From positions 256,001-320,000 of the forward strand of contig CAVUVW010000017.1 of assembly GCA_963745035.1 (NCBI GenBank): DNA of 64,000 bases, in the 5' to 3' direction. The notes under the pieces are model-generated. The model did no database searches. It was not told the origin of the DNA and worked only from the letters and a program-made list of their open reading frames with translations. This DNA is from an uncultured delta proteobacterium. Lineage in GTDB: Bacteria > Desulfobacterota > Binatia > UBA9968. Below are positions 10,099-20,843 of this stretch, piece after piece. The translations under genes and the position numbers were made by a program. The stretch's first letter is position 1; the number at the start of each line of letters is the position of its first letter.

Positions 10099-11038
10099 AG
10101 CATGGTGCGCGTGCGCACCAGCCGCGGGTCTCAGATTCGCGTCCTCTCTGATCTCCTCCAACTCCTCCAAGCTTCGCGGCCAATCGTCCTTCAACAACCG
10201 CGACAAGCTCCGATCCGCCAAAAGCTTTCCGCCAGTCTGACACTTCGCGCAGTAATTGGTTTCGTTTTCGGCATGGACAATGCGCTGCACCGGCGCGCCG
10301 CATACCGGACAGGGTTTGCCGAACTTGCCGTGCACGGCCATGTCGGGGCGAAAGGCGGTGACTTTTTCCGGGAAGCCTCCTCTTCTCTCCTTGCGCAAAC
10401 GCTCGACCCAGTCGTTCAGCGAATCCCTAATTGCGTAAAAGAGCCGCTCGATTTCCTCGCCGGTCATCTGTTTGGTCAATCGAATCGGCGAAAGCCGTGC
10501 GCGATGGAGAATTTCGTCCGAGTAGGCGTTGCCGATGCCGCTGAACACATGCGGGTCGGTGAGTGACCTTTTCAGGGTGTGATTCTCCCGCGTGAGTGCC
10601 GCGTGGAATTCATCGAGGCTGGCCTCAAACACTTCCAGACCGCCGGGATCATGAGCCTGCAACGCGTCCTCACCCTGAACCAGATGAATCGACGCGCGCT
10701 TTTTGGTTCCGGCCTCAGTCAAGAGCAATGTGCCGTCGGAGAAAATCGAATGCCGCCTGGCCGTACTTGCGCGCGATCTTCGCGCCCTTCGGTTTCCAAT
10801 GAAACCGCCCGGCGATCATCAGATGAACGATCAGAAAAAGTTTTCCTTCCAATTCGAACACGATGCGCTTGCCGAGCCGGCGCAATCTCAAAACTTTCTT
10901 CCCTTCCGCCGAGCTGATGGGTGGATCGAACGATCGCAAGACGAACGGGCTGCCGATGCGGATTTTTTGAATCGGCTGATCCAGCACGCGCTCGGCGAGC
11001 GCTTCGATGTATACCGTTACGTCGGGGTACTCAGGCAT
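10093..11038 (-). CDS. mutM: Formamidopyrimidine-DNA glycosylase Fpg/Nei family (frameshift ~10735)
   Basis: N-terminal MPEYPDV, RLGKR, HLMIAG; H2[13 protein letters not shown]; zinc finger CPVC…CAKCQ. Confidence 0.85.
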
Positions 11039-11208
11039 GATCAGGTCGACGATCGAGAATGGAGGATCGAGGATCGGAGCTCCGCTTCAATCTTGGATTT
11101 CGCTGCGCCTACATCCGGGCTACTGATCAGTATTAATCGAACGAGCACCCGAACTTGTCCTTACAGTCGGCGTGGAACAACTGAAACGATTGGAACGTAT
11201 GGAACCTT

Positions 11209-12630
11209 CTACAGTAACCCTCCGTTCTCCCTCAGCGTGAGAAATTCCTTGGCCTGCATCGGAAAGAGCACGCCGAGAAGAAGATCTTCATCGTTCTTCG
11301 CCAAGGGGCCGAGATCTTTGATCGCCTTGTCCCAGTCGCCGGGATCGGCCATCTCGCCGGAGCGCTGCGAGTAATCCGGCTCCTTGTCCTTCATGATCTT
11401 TTTGACCAAGTCTTTGTTCACTTCTCCCGGCGGCCGTCCATATTTTCCCTTGATGTAATCGCTGGTCTCGCGGCTGACGATCTTGTAGCGCTCTCCGGCC
11501 AACACATTGAGCACGGCCTGGACGCCGACGATCTGGCTCGTCGGCGTGAGCAGCGGCGGATGTCCGAGGTCCTTTTCCACGTTGGGCGTCTCCTTGAGCG
11601 CCGCCTCCATCAAATCCATCCGCTTGGCTTCCTTCAACTGCGCCACCATGTTCGAGATCATGCCGCCGGGCACTTTATGGATGAACACGTCGGCGCTGAC
11701 GCCGGTGTACCCGGTCTCGTACTTTTCGTATTTCTCTTTGATCTGCCGGGTGATCTGCGCCGGCTCCTCCAAAACTTTCACGTCGATGCCGGTATCGAAA
11801 GGCGTGTCCTTCAAAGATGCCACCATGGTCTCGGTCGCCGGGTGCGCCGAACCGAACGAGAGCGGCGACAGCACCGTGTCGATCATGTCGACGCCGGCGA
11901 GGATCGCCATCAGATGACACATGCTGGAGGTCCCGCCCATATCGTGGCAGTGCAGCAGCACCGGCAGCTTCCCCTGCGCCCGGTCTTTGATTCCCTTGAC
12001 GATTCGATAGCAGTCGAACGGCGTCATGATGCCGGTGGCGTCTTTCAACGACAGCCAATCGGCGCCAACCTCCACCAACTGCTCTGCGTACTCCATCCAT
12101 TTTTGCAAGGTGTGCACCGGGCTGACCGTGTAGTTGACTTCGACGTGGGCTTCGCCGCCGAGCTCCCGCACCGCCTTCGTCGCCGACTCGATGTTGCGAA
12201 AATCATTGGTTGCCTCGAAAATACGGAAGACGTTCATGCCGTTGGCGATGGCGCGCTCGACGAATTTGTAGACGATCTTATCGGTGTAGGGCCGGTACGC
12301 GAGAATGTGCTGGCCGCGCAGCAGCATCTGCAACTTCGTCTTCGGCATCACCGCCTTGATGCGCCGCAGCCGCTCCCATGGGTCTTCTTTCAAATAGCGC
12401 ATGCACACGTCGAACGTGGCGCCGCCCCAAACTTCGACCGCATAAAAGCCGCAGTTGTCGATGGAGGCGCACAGCGGCAGTAAATCGTCCGTGGTCACGC
12501 GGGTGGCCAGCTTGCATTGCTGTCCATCGCGCGGCGTGAGATCGGTGATCTTCACACGCCGGCTGCCCACAGGTTCTGTCAGCAGATTGTTCATGTCCGC
12601 GGCAAGTTGATCCAAAATCGCTTCACTCAT
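11209..12630 (-). CDS. Carboxyltransferase subunit (pyruvate carboxylase B / oxaloacetate decarboxylase alpha / transcarboxylase 5S-like), no biotinyl domain
   Basis: RDGQQ…ATR, EVWGGATFD, EDPWERLR, QMLLRG, HCHD, VPGGMISN, PPLLTPTSQIVG. Confidence 0.88.
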   Translation of the reverse strand: MSEAILDQLAADMNNLLTEPVGSRRVKITDLTPRDGQQCKLATRVTTDDLLPLCASIDNCGFYAVEVWGGATFDVCMRYLKEDPWERLRRIKAVMPKTKLQMLLRGQHILAYRPYTDKIVYKFVERAIANGMNVFRIFEATNDFRNIESATKAVRELGGEAHVEVNYTVSPVHTLQKWMEYAEQLVEVGADWLSLKDATGIMTPFDCYRIVKGIKDRAQGKLPVLLHCHDMGGTSSMCHLMAILAGVDMIDTVLSPLSFGSAHPATETMVASLKDTPFDTGIDVKVLEEPAQITRQIKEKYEKYETGYTGVSADVFIHKVPGGMISNMVAQLKEAKRMDLMEAALKETPNVEKDLGHPPLLTPTSQIVGVQAVLNVLAGERYKIVSRETSDYIKGKYGRPPGEVNKDLVKKIMKDKEPDYSQRSGEMADPGDWDKAIKDLGPLAKNDEDLLLGVLFPMQAKEFLTLRENGGLL

Positions 12631-12839
12631 CGGAATGACTCCTCTTTTCCCGCTCGCATTGGTGGCAACTTCATAGGCTATTTATACTGGATCAGCTAAG
12701 CAGTGAAAGAGCCTGCGCAATCGAATTGTTCCAAGACCATCCGAAACACTGGAACCATTGAACCCACTGGAATGTTTAGAACGACGGCTTCACGTAATTC
12801 ACCTTGCTTTTCCGAACCGATTCTCTTACAAACCCGCAG

Positions 12840-13187
12840 ATGAAGATCGTCAGGCTGTACACCGGCGCCGATAACGAATCGCACTTCGAAGACGTCGATG
12901 TCGAACTGAACGTCGCCGGCCGTGTCCAGGCTTCCGCCCTCCAGCCGACTCATGGAATCGTCTTTCGCTCGGCGCCGCCGAACCATTTGAGCGACTTTCA
13001 TCCGGTGCCCAAGCGCCAGTACGTAATCACGCTTGCCGGCGAGGTGGAGATCGAGACCGGCGACGGCACGATTCGCCGCTTCGGACCGGGCGACGTGATG
13101 CTTGCCGAAGACACCACCGGGCGGGGCCATATTACGCGGGTGATCGGCGGCCAGCCGCGCCATTACGTGTTCATTCCATTAAAGTAG
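12840..13187 (+). CDS. Cupin domain protein
   Basis: RLYTGADNESHF, FHPVPKRQYVITLAGEVEI, EDTTGRGH. Confidence 0.85.
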   Translation: MKIVRLYTGADNESHFEDVDVELNVAGRVQASALQPTHGIVFRSAPPNHLSDFHPVPKRQYVITLAGEVEIETGDGTIRRFGPGDVMLAEDTTGRGHITRVIGGQPRHYVFIPLK

Positions 13188-13205
13188 GACATCCTCATCA
13201 GCCCA

Positions 13206-14378
13206 TTGAGACCATCCACGTCCGCTGAGCGCGACCGCGCCTCGGTCTTCATCGTTCCGTGCGCGAACTTCATGCCGTCCATGATGGTGGCGACGCTAGG
13301 GATCGCGCTGCCCGAGATCCGCGGCACGTTTTCCCTTTCCGAAATCGCCGGGGGAAGCCTCTTCTCGGTAATGATGACCATCGCCGCTCTCACGAGCGGC
13401 GTCGCCGGCCGCCTCGCGGACGGTATCGGCCGGAAAACCGTTCTGATTACCGGGTTGAGCCTCTTGTCGGCGGGATTCACGCTCGCGAGTTTCAGCCATG
13501 ATGACATTTTGTTTTTTTGCTTTCTCGGCGTGACGGGAATCGGCTACGGCTTCACGGCGCCGTCGCTTTATGCGCTGATGTCCGATCTACTGCCGCATCG
13601 GCGCGGCCTGGGCACCAGCCTGATATCGGTCACCTATGGCACCGGAGGCGCCGTCGGCGCCGTGCTGTCGAGCCGGCTCGTCGCATCTTTCGGATGGCGC
13701 TCGGCCTTTCTCACCGTTGGAGTGATCGCCGCCACCATCATGCTGCTTCAGCTTTACTGGGTTCGCGATCGGCACCGGACGCGTATGGCCAAGCGCTCGG
13801 GCTCGGTCAGATCCGCGCTTTCGACATCGATCGCCATTCTCGCGGTCGCGGAGTTCATCGGCGGATCGGTATTCTGGAGTTGCGCCGCTTGGACGCCCAC
13901 CGCGCTGCGCGCGGCCAAGGCCCTTACCCTGCAGGAAACCGGCTGGATTATGGGCGTCTTGAGCATAGCCAATATGATCGGATCATTTGGCCTCGGAATT
14001 TTATCCGACAAATTCGGCCGCAAACGGGTCATCGTCCTGAGCGCCCTTCCCGCCGCAGCCGCAGCCTTCGTCGTGTTCCATTGGCTGGACTCAGCGATCG
14101 CCCTCGCGGCGGGAATATTCGTTTTCGGAGTTCTCAAGGCGTCGGTGCCGGCGCTGGTCGTCGCTCTCGCGCAAGAGACCGCGCCGGCAGGCAACGCCGG
14201 CACCGCCGCGGGCATGATCATGTCACTTCACTATACCGCCGGCGTTTTGGCGCCGCTGCTCTCTGCCCAACTGATTACCGGCACCGGCGATATTCTGGTC
14301 GCGATGATCCTGGTTTCCTCGCTCCCGCTGGTCTTGTACGGAGCGTTGATCGGTGCGGTGCGCGAGCCCGGCCGCTAG
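13206..14378 (+). CDS. MFS transporter
   Basis: About 12 hydrophobic segments; motif A GRLADGIGRK and GILSDKFGRK. Confidence 0.9.
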   Translation: MRPSTSAERDRASVFIVPCANFMPSMMVATLGIALPEIRGTFSLSEIAGGSLFSVMMTIAALTSGVAGRLADGIGRKTVLITGLSLLSAGFTLASFSHDDILFFCFLGVTGIGYGFTAPSLYALMSDLLPHRRGLGTSLISVTYGTGGAVGAVLSSRLVASFGWRSAFLTVGVIAATIMLLQLYWVRDRHRTRMAKRSGSVRSALSTSIAILAVAEFIGGSVFWSCAAWTPTALRAAKALTLQETGWIMGVLSIANMIGSFGLGILSDKFGRKRVIVLSALPAAAAAFVVFHWLDSAIALAAGIFVFGVLKASVPALVVALAQETAPAGNAGTAAGMIMSLHYTAGVLAPLLSAQLITGTGDILVAMILVSSLPLVLYGALIGAVREPGR

Positions 14379-14405
14379 CATCGTTTGCCGCAATGGTGCG
14401 TAAGC

Positions 14406-15248
14406 CTACAGGCCGAGAATGCGCTCGGCGTTTCGATGATAAATCTTTTCCATCAGGTCGTCGGAATAAGCCAGCTCCCGCCATTCCCTGAAGATGCGCT
14501 CGTACGGAATGCTCGGATAGTCGCTGCCGAACATGATCTTGTCCTGCAAGCGGGCCTTGATATCGCGCTTTAGAGCATCCGGGAAATATTTCGGCGCCCA
14601 GCCGGACAGCTCCCACGAAACATTGCCCTTGTGCAGCGCGACGGCGAGCATCTCCTCGGTCCATGGCCATCCCGGGTGCGCGGCAACAATATTCAGATCG
14701 GGAAAATCGGCGGCCAGCCGATCGATCGCCGCCGGATGCGCGTGGCGGATCACGGCTCCCAGCCCGCCGGGCATGCCCGCGCCCATTCCCGTCGTGCCGA
14801 CGTCGATCATCACGGGAACTTTGAGCGCGTCGATCGCCTCCCAAAGCGGATACAATCTGCGCTCATCGACCGAATAGTGGCCCATGATCGGGTGGAAATG
14901 AAAGCCGAAAAGCTTATGCTTTTCGACCGCCTGCCGGGCATCTTCGATGGCGCGATCGCCTTTCAACGGATCTACCGCGCCCCACGCTTGGCGGATCACG
15001 CCGGGATGAGCGTCGCGCATTGCGGCGACGTATTCGTTGGTGCAAGGCGGCGACCCGGTGACCGATTCGATGTCGAAGGCGACGAGCAGCGCCTCGACGC
15101 CGGCTTGCTTGAACTCCTCGATGACCTCGGCTTCGCTCTTCCATGTCCAGGTTCGTTTCCAATACTTCGCCAGGGCCTCGACGTACGGCCCCTGCGACCG
15201 GATCCACGGCTCGGTGTTCGGATAACAATGTAAATCGACGATCCGCAT
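14406..15248 (-). CDS. Amidohydrolase_2 family protein
   Basis: MRIVDLHCY, FHFHP, AAHPGWP, MFGSDYP, NAERIL. Confidence 0.88.
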   Translation of the reverse strand: MRIVDLHCYPNTEPWIRSQGPYVEALAKYWKRTWTWKSEAEVIEEFKQAGVEALLVAFDIESVTGSPPCTNEYVAAMRDAHPGVIRQAWGAVDPLKGDRAIEDARQAVEKHKLFGFHFHPIMGHYSVDERRLYPLWEAIDALKVPVMIDVGTTGMGAGMPGGLGAVIRHAHPAAIDRLAADFPDLNIVAAHPGWPWTEEMLAVALHKGNVSWELSGWAPKYFPDALKRDIKARLQDKIMFGSDYPSIPYERIFREWRELAYSDDLMEKIYHRNAERILGL

Positions 15249-15467
15249 GCGTCCCTTTTCGGCGAGCGAGAATAACTTTGGTTGCTCTGAGCTGTCAAGG
15301 AGATGAAGCCGGTCGGTCGCGGTTCGATCGGAATACACCGCGTCGCTGGTTACATCCCCGGGTTACCCGGGCATTCGGTTTCTCTTATTGACCTCAAGCG
15401 CAAATCCGATTATGGCTCTAGCATCGAGTGGATTGTCTTGAAACCTGGTATCACCAAAGGAGTGCTT

Positions 15468-16544
15468 ATGCGGCCGCTTCCATCCAAACACGCGCTCAGC
15501 CTCTTCGTTTTTCTGGTTCCGGCGATGTTGGCTGCGCTTGGTATCGATCCGGCGTTTTCACAGACGCCATTCTATCAAGGAAAAACCATTACGCTCATCA
15601 TTGGCGCCGGTCCGGGCGGTATGGGCGATTTACGCGCCAAGGCCTTGGCGTCGGTCCTCGCCAAACACATTCCCGGAAATCCGGCGATCACTTTTCAATA
15701 TATGGCGGGCGCCGGCGGTCGAAAGGCGGCCAATCATCTTTACAACAGCGCCCGCGCCGACGGTCTCACTTTGTTCCGCATTTCCAGCAGCATCGTGTCC
15801 TACGCCGTGCTCGGCGAATCCGGCGTGCAGTACGATATCGACAAAATGATTTACCTCGGCACTACCGAGCACCAGCTCTATTACGTCTTTATCACTCGCG
15901 CAGCGCTGGGCCACGACAGCCTGACAAAGCTGCGTGCAGCCGGCGGTTTGCGCATCGGCAGCGCTCCCGTTGGGCATACCGGGTACCTCCACAGCCGTAT
16001 GATCGCCTATTTTCTCAACCTAAAGGATTCACGGATAATTCCGGGGTATGAAAATGAAGACCTCGATGTCGCCTTCGAGCGTAGCGAGGTCGATGCCCAG
16101 GTCGCGTCGATGGGAACAGTCTTTCAGCACGACTTCCTCAAAAACAAGACCGCACATTTTCACGCAGGCATCGAATATCCACGGAACTGGAAAGACCCGC
16201 GCTTTGCCCAGCTCAATCTGCCTGATCTCGAAAGCTTTGCGAAAACGGAAGGGGAAAGAAAACTTCTGGGCATGATGCGAAACTTCCGATCCGTGGGTAC
16301 GGCATTGCTGTTCCCTCCGGGAGTTCCGAAGGATCGGGTGGATATTCTGAAGGAAGCCGTGCGTAAGACCCACACGGATCCGGCGTTCATCGCCGAGTAC
16401 CGCAAGCTAACAAGCGGCGATGAACCGACTCCGCTCATGCCGGACGAACAAGCGAAAGTGGTGAAAGACATCCCGCGAGACGCGGAGACCATCGAGCTGT
16501 TCAAGAAATTTTCCGGGACTGGCCCTTTGCCGCCGCGCCAGTAA
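15468..16544 (+). CDS. Tripartite tricarboxylate transporter-type (Bug/TctC) solute-binding protein
   Basis: Signal peptide, FYQGKTITLIIGAGPGG, YMAGAGG, ADGLTL, PPGVPKDRV; AAGGAG RBS. Confidence 0.85.
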   Translation: MRPLPSKHALSLFVFLVPAMLAALGIDPAFSQTPFYQGKTITLIIGAGPGGMGDLRAKALASVLAKHIPGNPAITFQYMAGAGGRKAANHLYNSARADGLTLFRISSSIVSYAVLGESGVQYDIDKMIYLGTTEHQLYYVFITRAALGHDSLTKLRAAGGLRIGSAPVGHTGYLHSRMIAYFLNLKDSRIIPGYENEDLDVAFERSEVDAQVASMGTVFQHDFLKNKTAHFHAGIEYPRNWKDPRFAQLNLPDLESFAKTEGERKLLGMMRNFRSVGTALLFPPGVPKDRVDILKEAVRKTHTDPAFIAEYRKLTSGDEPTPLMPDEQAKVVKDIPRDAETIELFKKFSGTGPLPPRQ

Positions 16545-16643
16545 AAATTATTGTCGAAGGAAGGACTGGACAGCGGCGAGAAATTCCCGCAAATCAACCG
16601 CCGAAATAAGAAATATTCTGCAAGAAGCGCGGCTTTAATCACG

Positions 16644-17717
16644 TCATTTCGGAAACACTTTGAGCTTCTCCTCCGGCAGCCGCACATAAACAGCGCGGCC
16701 AGCCTCCAGCTGCCGGTCCACACCCGCCGTCTTGGCGCGCACTTTTTGGCCGGCCGCGGCCAAGTGATACAGCGTGATGTCGCCAAGAAACAACCGGGAA
16801 ACGAGCTCCGCGGGGAATTCGTTCTGCTGCCCACTGGGCTCCGGTGAAAGCGAGACATCCTCGGGTCGGATCGCGACAAGGACTTCTTTGGACGCGCCGT
16901 TCGGCGGCGCGCAAAGCACGACTCCCAAAGCGATCGTAATAGAGTGGTCGTCTCGAATCACCCCGCTGAATTCATTCATCGAACCTAAAAACTCGCCGAC
17001 GCTCCGGCTATCGGGCGCATGGTAGAGCTCTTCGGCGCCGCCGATCTGCAAAATCTTTCCGCCGCTCATAACGGCGATGCGATCGGCCAGCGCCATCGCC
17101 TCCACCTGATCGTGGGTCACGTAGAGCACCGTGATGCCAAGCTTCTTGGCCAAGCTGCGGATCTCGTCGCGGACTTCTTCTCTCAAGCGCGCATCGAGAT
17201 TGCTGAGCGGCTCGTCCATGAGCAAAACTTTCGGCTCACCCGCCAGTGCCCGCGCCAAGGCGACTCGCTGTTGTTGCCCGCCGCTCAAGAAAGGCACGGG
17301 ACGATCGGCGAACGACGAAAGCTGGACCAATCCCAGCGCGTTCATCACGCGATCTCTCACGGCTTCTCGCGGCATGCGCCGCTTCCCGTTTTTTAGAGGA
17401 AATGCGACATTGTCAAAAACCGACATGTGCGGCCACACGGCATAAGACTGAAAGACCATGCCGACGGCTCGATCTTCCGGAGGAACGAAGATACCGCGCT
17501 CCGGCGCGCTGACGATCTTTTCCCCGAGCTTGATTTCGCCGGCCTCCGCTTTTTCCAGCCCAGCCACACAGCGCAGCAAAGTCGTTTTGCCGGAACCGCT
17601 CAGCCCGAGGAGAACGAAAAACTCTTGCTCGTTGACACGCAGATCGACGGCGTTGACCGCGCGCACTGTCTCGCCGCCGGTTTTGAAAATTTTTGTAAGG
17701 GAACGAATTTCGATCAT
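16644..17717 (-). CDS. ABC transporter ATP-binding protein (FbpC/PotA-like, TOBE)
   Basis: GLSGSGKT, LSGGQQQRVALARA, LLMDEPLSNLD, YVTHDQ. Confidence 0.95.
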   Translation of the reverse strand: MIEIRSLTKIFKTGGETVRAVNAVDLRVNEQEFFVLLGLSGSGKTTLLRCVAGLEKAEAGEIKLGEKIVSAPERGIFVPPEDRAVGMVFQSYAVWPHMSVFDNVAFPLKNGKRRMPREAVRDRVMNALGLVQLSSFADRPVPFLSGGQQQRVALARALAGEPKVLLMDEPLSNLDARLREEVRDEIRSLAKKLGITVLYVTHDQVEAMALADRIAVMSGGKILQIGGAEELYHAPDSRSVGEFLGSMNEFSGVIRDDHSITIALGVVLCAPPNGASKEVLVAIRPEDVSLSPEPSGQQNEFPAELVSRLFLGDITLYHLAAAGQKVRAKTAGVDRQLEAGRAVYVRLPEEKLKVFPK

Positions 17718-17778
17718 ATTGATTTATGCCGGCGCATCGGCCAGCGGGCCTCGCTTTGCCCGCTGCGTTTCCCGCTAT

Positions 17779-19530
17779 TTACGTCGATGACTCCACGTGT
17801 TGCAGACGCCGCGCGTAGATCCAGAAAGTGACCACGAGCGGTGACATTACCGCCATCATGATGATCGCGATGGCGGCGGCGTCGCCCAAACCGCCGCCGT
17901 GCCACTGCCCCCAGATATAAGTCGAAAGCACCTGGCTCTTGGGCGAGGCGAGAAATACCGCCATGGTCAACTCGCGATACGCGGAGAGCGAAGTCCAGAT
18001 CCACGCATAGACGATGCCCGGGCGAATCAACGGCGCGATCACTTTCGTCAGGATCCTCAACGTTGAAACTCCGCCGATCTGCGCCGCTTCTTCCAGCTCC
18101 CGGTGCAACTGGATCATGCTGTTGTTCAGCACCCGCGTGCCGAAGCTCACCCAGCAGACGACGTAGACCGCCATGATGACGTAGATCGTGCCGTACACCG
18201 GCAGGACGTTGGAAATCAGCAGCGCGAAATAGGCAATGGCCAACGCGAAAAGCAGATTGGGCACCGGATGCGGCAGAAACGCGATGGCATCCAACGCCAC
18301 GCGCCAGCGCCAACGGGACCGCGTGACGATCCACGAGATCGCGCCGCAAAGAATTACGATCAAAGTGGGCACAAACACCATGAGCAGCAGCGTATTCACG
18401 CCCGCCTGCAAAAGCCCGCTATCCAAGGCGAGCGCGCTGTAACGCTCGAACGATATCGAGGCCAGCGCCTGGAGCGACGGAATCTGCACGTAGGGCAAAA
18501 GCGAAACCCAGAAAATCGCCAGCAGCGGCAATAGGAACGCCAAGGTGAAATAAAGACCGAGCAGTCCCCAACCGAGCATCCACCAGCGACCCAACTCGAC
18601 GGGACGGGACTGGTAAGATTTCCCCGAAACGATTTGATAGCGGTGGCTCTGCTTTAACGCGATAAAGTAAGGAATCATCAAGATCAGCGAGAAGATCACC
18701 ATCAAGGTGCCATAAGCGCCGCTGAGCCCGTAGCGCGGCAGGCCTTCGTTTGGATTGATCATAAAATAAACGGCGGTGCTGAACGTGAAAATATTGTTCG
18801 CCATGCCGATGACGCCGGGAACATCGAAGGCCGCGACGGCAACCGTAAACATCCAGATCACCGCGGAAAACAGCGCCGGCCAGATGAGCGGCAGCTCCAC
18901 GCCGAGCAGGGTTTTGAGCTTGCTGACCCCGTGCACGTTGGCGGCCTCCACGAAGGCGGGATTCATGCTGCGCAGGGCGGCCGAAATCATCACGTACGCT
19001 AGCGGCGTGAGCGTCAGTCCCTGGACAAAGCCGATGCCGCCCACGGTCGCGACATTGAGTGGCGCGCTGTTGAATCCGAACCATTGCATTAAAAAAATAT
19101 TGATGACCCCGATCCTCGGGTGGCACAGGAAAACCCAGCCCATCGCTTTGAGAAACGTCGGGAAAAGAATGCCGATGCTCAAGAGGCTCATGGCCAAAGC
19201 TTTGTAGCGGAGATCGGTGCGCTCGATGAACCAGGCGAACAAAAATCCCAGCGGAATCGCCACCGCAATCGTGACGCCGGAGAAGATCAGGGTCGTGATC
19301 ATGACCCGGTAGTTATAAGGATCGGCGAGCAGTGAAGTGTAATTGCTCAGCGTATAAGGCGAGGGCTGGCCCGGCACGCCGGTGCGAAAGCTCATCCACA
19401 CGATCGTGCCGAGCAAACCGACGATGGCAATCGCCGCGACGCCGGCTACTCCAAAGATGGCTGCTTGCGACCAGTTCACCGGCGACGGCCGCTGCCGCAA
19501 GACCTGCGCAGTTTCGATGACGCTCATCAT
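17779..19530 (-). CDS. ABC transporter permease, fused double domain (FbpB-like)
   Basis: Two EAA loops (FVEAANVHG, LEEAAQIGG); many TM helices. Confidence 0.92.
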   Translation of the reverse strand: MMSVIETAQVLRQRPSPVNWSQAAIFGVAGVAAIAIVGLLGTIVWMSFRTGVPGQPSPYTLSNYTSLLADPYNYRVMITTLIFSGVTIAVAIPLGFLFAWFIERTDLRYKALAMSLLSIGILFPTFLKAMGWVFLCHPRIGVINIFLMQWFGFNSAPLNVATVGGIGFVQGLTLTPLAYVMISAALRSMNPAFVEAANVHGVSKLKTLLGVELPLIWPALFSAVIWMFTVAVAAFDVPGVIGMANNIFTFSTAVYFMINPNEGLPRYGLSGAYGTLMVIFSLILMIPYFIALKQSHRYQIVSGKSYQSRPVELGRWWMLGWGLLGLYFTLAFLLPLLAIFWVSLLPYVQIPSLQALASISFERYSALALDSGLLQAGVNTLLLMVFVPTLIVILCGAISWIVTRSRWRWRVALDAIAFLPHPVPNLLFALAIAYFALLISNVLPVYGTIYVIMAVYVVCWVSFGTRVLNNSMIQLHRELEEAAQIGGVSTLRILTKVIAPLIRPGIVYAWIWTSLSAYRELTMAVFLASPKSQVLSTYIWGQWHGGGLGDAAAIAIIMMAVMSPLVVTFWIYARRLQHVESST

Positions 19531-19619
19531 TTACTCGGTTCAAAGCTCAAAGGTCGGTTCAACGTTCCGGTCAGATTCGAAATCTGAACTTTTAAACCTT
19601 GAACGCCACACATAATGCG

Positions 19620-20678
19620 CTATTTGAGCAGAATTTTGGTCAGCTCGGCTTCGAAAGGAGCATCGTCTTTCATGAATATTTCATTGAGCTCGGCCGGATC
19701 CTGAAGCTTGATCTTGTTGGCCTTCACGTATTTCGCCATGAGAGTGCCGTCGACGAGATAGGAAGAACGCCAGTCATATTTCTCGATGACGGCCTGCGCT
19801 TCTCGGGTGGCCATGAAAGCGATGAACAATTTCGCTGAATCCGGACGGGCGGAGTTGCTCGGCACCGCAAGCTGATAATAAGACGAAGTCGCCGGCGTCG
19901 AACCGGACAACCCCACCAGCGGCGCGCCCTTGGCTTGCCACTTCCACATCGCCTCCAAAGCGCCGCCGGTGCTCGCCATGATCGGAAACTCCCCGCTGAC
20001 GATGCGCTCTTCTTCGCCCTGGCGCAGCCTTCCGCCTACGAGCGGCGCCAGCTTGCGCGCGAAGGACAGCACTTTTTCCTTCCCCCAACTTCCCGACACC
20101 CGGACCAGCCAATGGATGTAAGCAGGAATAGCGATTTTTCCAGCCCAGGTCGGGCTCAGCGCCGGATCGACGAGATCCTCGTAACTTTTTGGCGCTTTCT
20201 CTTTGGGAATCGAATTGGAGTTGTAAATGATGCCGTGAAACGACGCATAGACCAGCAAGGTCTCCTGCGGAAGAATTTCCATTTCCTTAGTCACCCAGGG
20301 AAAGGTGCCCGACCAGTTGACTTTCTGCAGCGCCTTCTCGCGTGACATATCGCTCATGGTTCCGTCGGAACCGAGGTATAGATCGGTCGAAGATTTGGCG
20401 CCGGACTTGATCTCGGTCAAAACCCGCGCCGCCACCTGCGGAAAGCTCGGGCCAGGCGCGAGATTGATCTTGTGCTTGAGTCCGAATCGTTTGTTGAAGC
20501 CGGCTTCCAATTCGGCAAAACCTTTTTTGCCGCCGAACGTGGAAGCGCTAGCAACCAAAGTAACCTCGCCTTCTTTCTTGGCGCCGGCGACAAGCTGTTC
20601 GAGCGACTGCGCCTGTAGTGGATAGACCGTGAAGGTCATCGCCAAAAATGCGCCCAATGCTGCAATAGCTGTAAACAT
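19620..20678 (-). CDS. ABC solute-binding protein (Fe3+/thiamine-type), copy 3
   Basis: Signal peptide MFTAIAALG…AQ; GAKKEGEV, IIYNSN, APKSYEDL, SGEFP, AKLFIAFM. Confidence 0.88.
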   Translation of the reverse strand: MFTAIAALGAFLAMTFTVYPLQAQSLEQLVAGAKKEGEVTLVASASTFGGKKGFAELEAGFNKRFGLKHKINLAPGPSFPQVAARVLTEIKSGAKSSTDLYLGSDGTMSDMSREKALQKVNWSGTFPWVTKEMEILPQETLLVYASFHGIIYNSNSIPKEKAPKSYEDLVDPALSPTWAGKIAIPAYIHWLVRVSGSWGKEKVLSFARKLAPLVGGRLRQGEEERIVSGEFPIMASTGGALEAMWKWQAKGAPLVGLSGSTPATSSYYQLAVPSNSARPDSAKLFIAFMATREAQAVIEKYDWRSSYLVDGTLMAKYVKANKIKLQDPAELNEIFMKDDAPFEAELTKILLK

Positions 20679-20698
20679 TAATTTCTCTCCAATGTTCC

Positions 20699-20838
20699 TC
20701 GAAGATGGAGGATCGTGAGTAATTCGAGGATAGAGTATGGAGAATGGAGGATCGAATAGGGCCAATTCACACCCGCGATCCTCGATCTTCGATCCTCCAT
20801 CATCGACTTATTCATAGTCTCCATCCCTCGATCCTCGG
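20699..20838. repeat. Inverted 7-bp (GAGGATC/GATCCTC) tandem-repeat element
   Basis: GAAGATG GAGGATC…GAGAATG GAGGATC on the left, GATCCTC GATCTTC GATCCTC on the right; related copies at 47355-47416 and a single arm at 11046-11077. Confidence 0.75.
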
Positions 20839-20843
20839 CCTAG

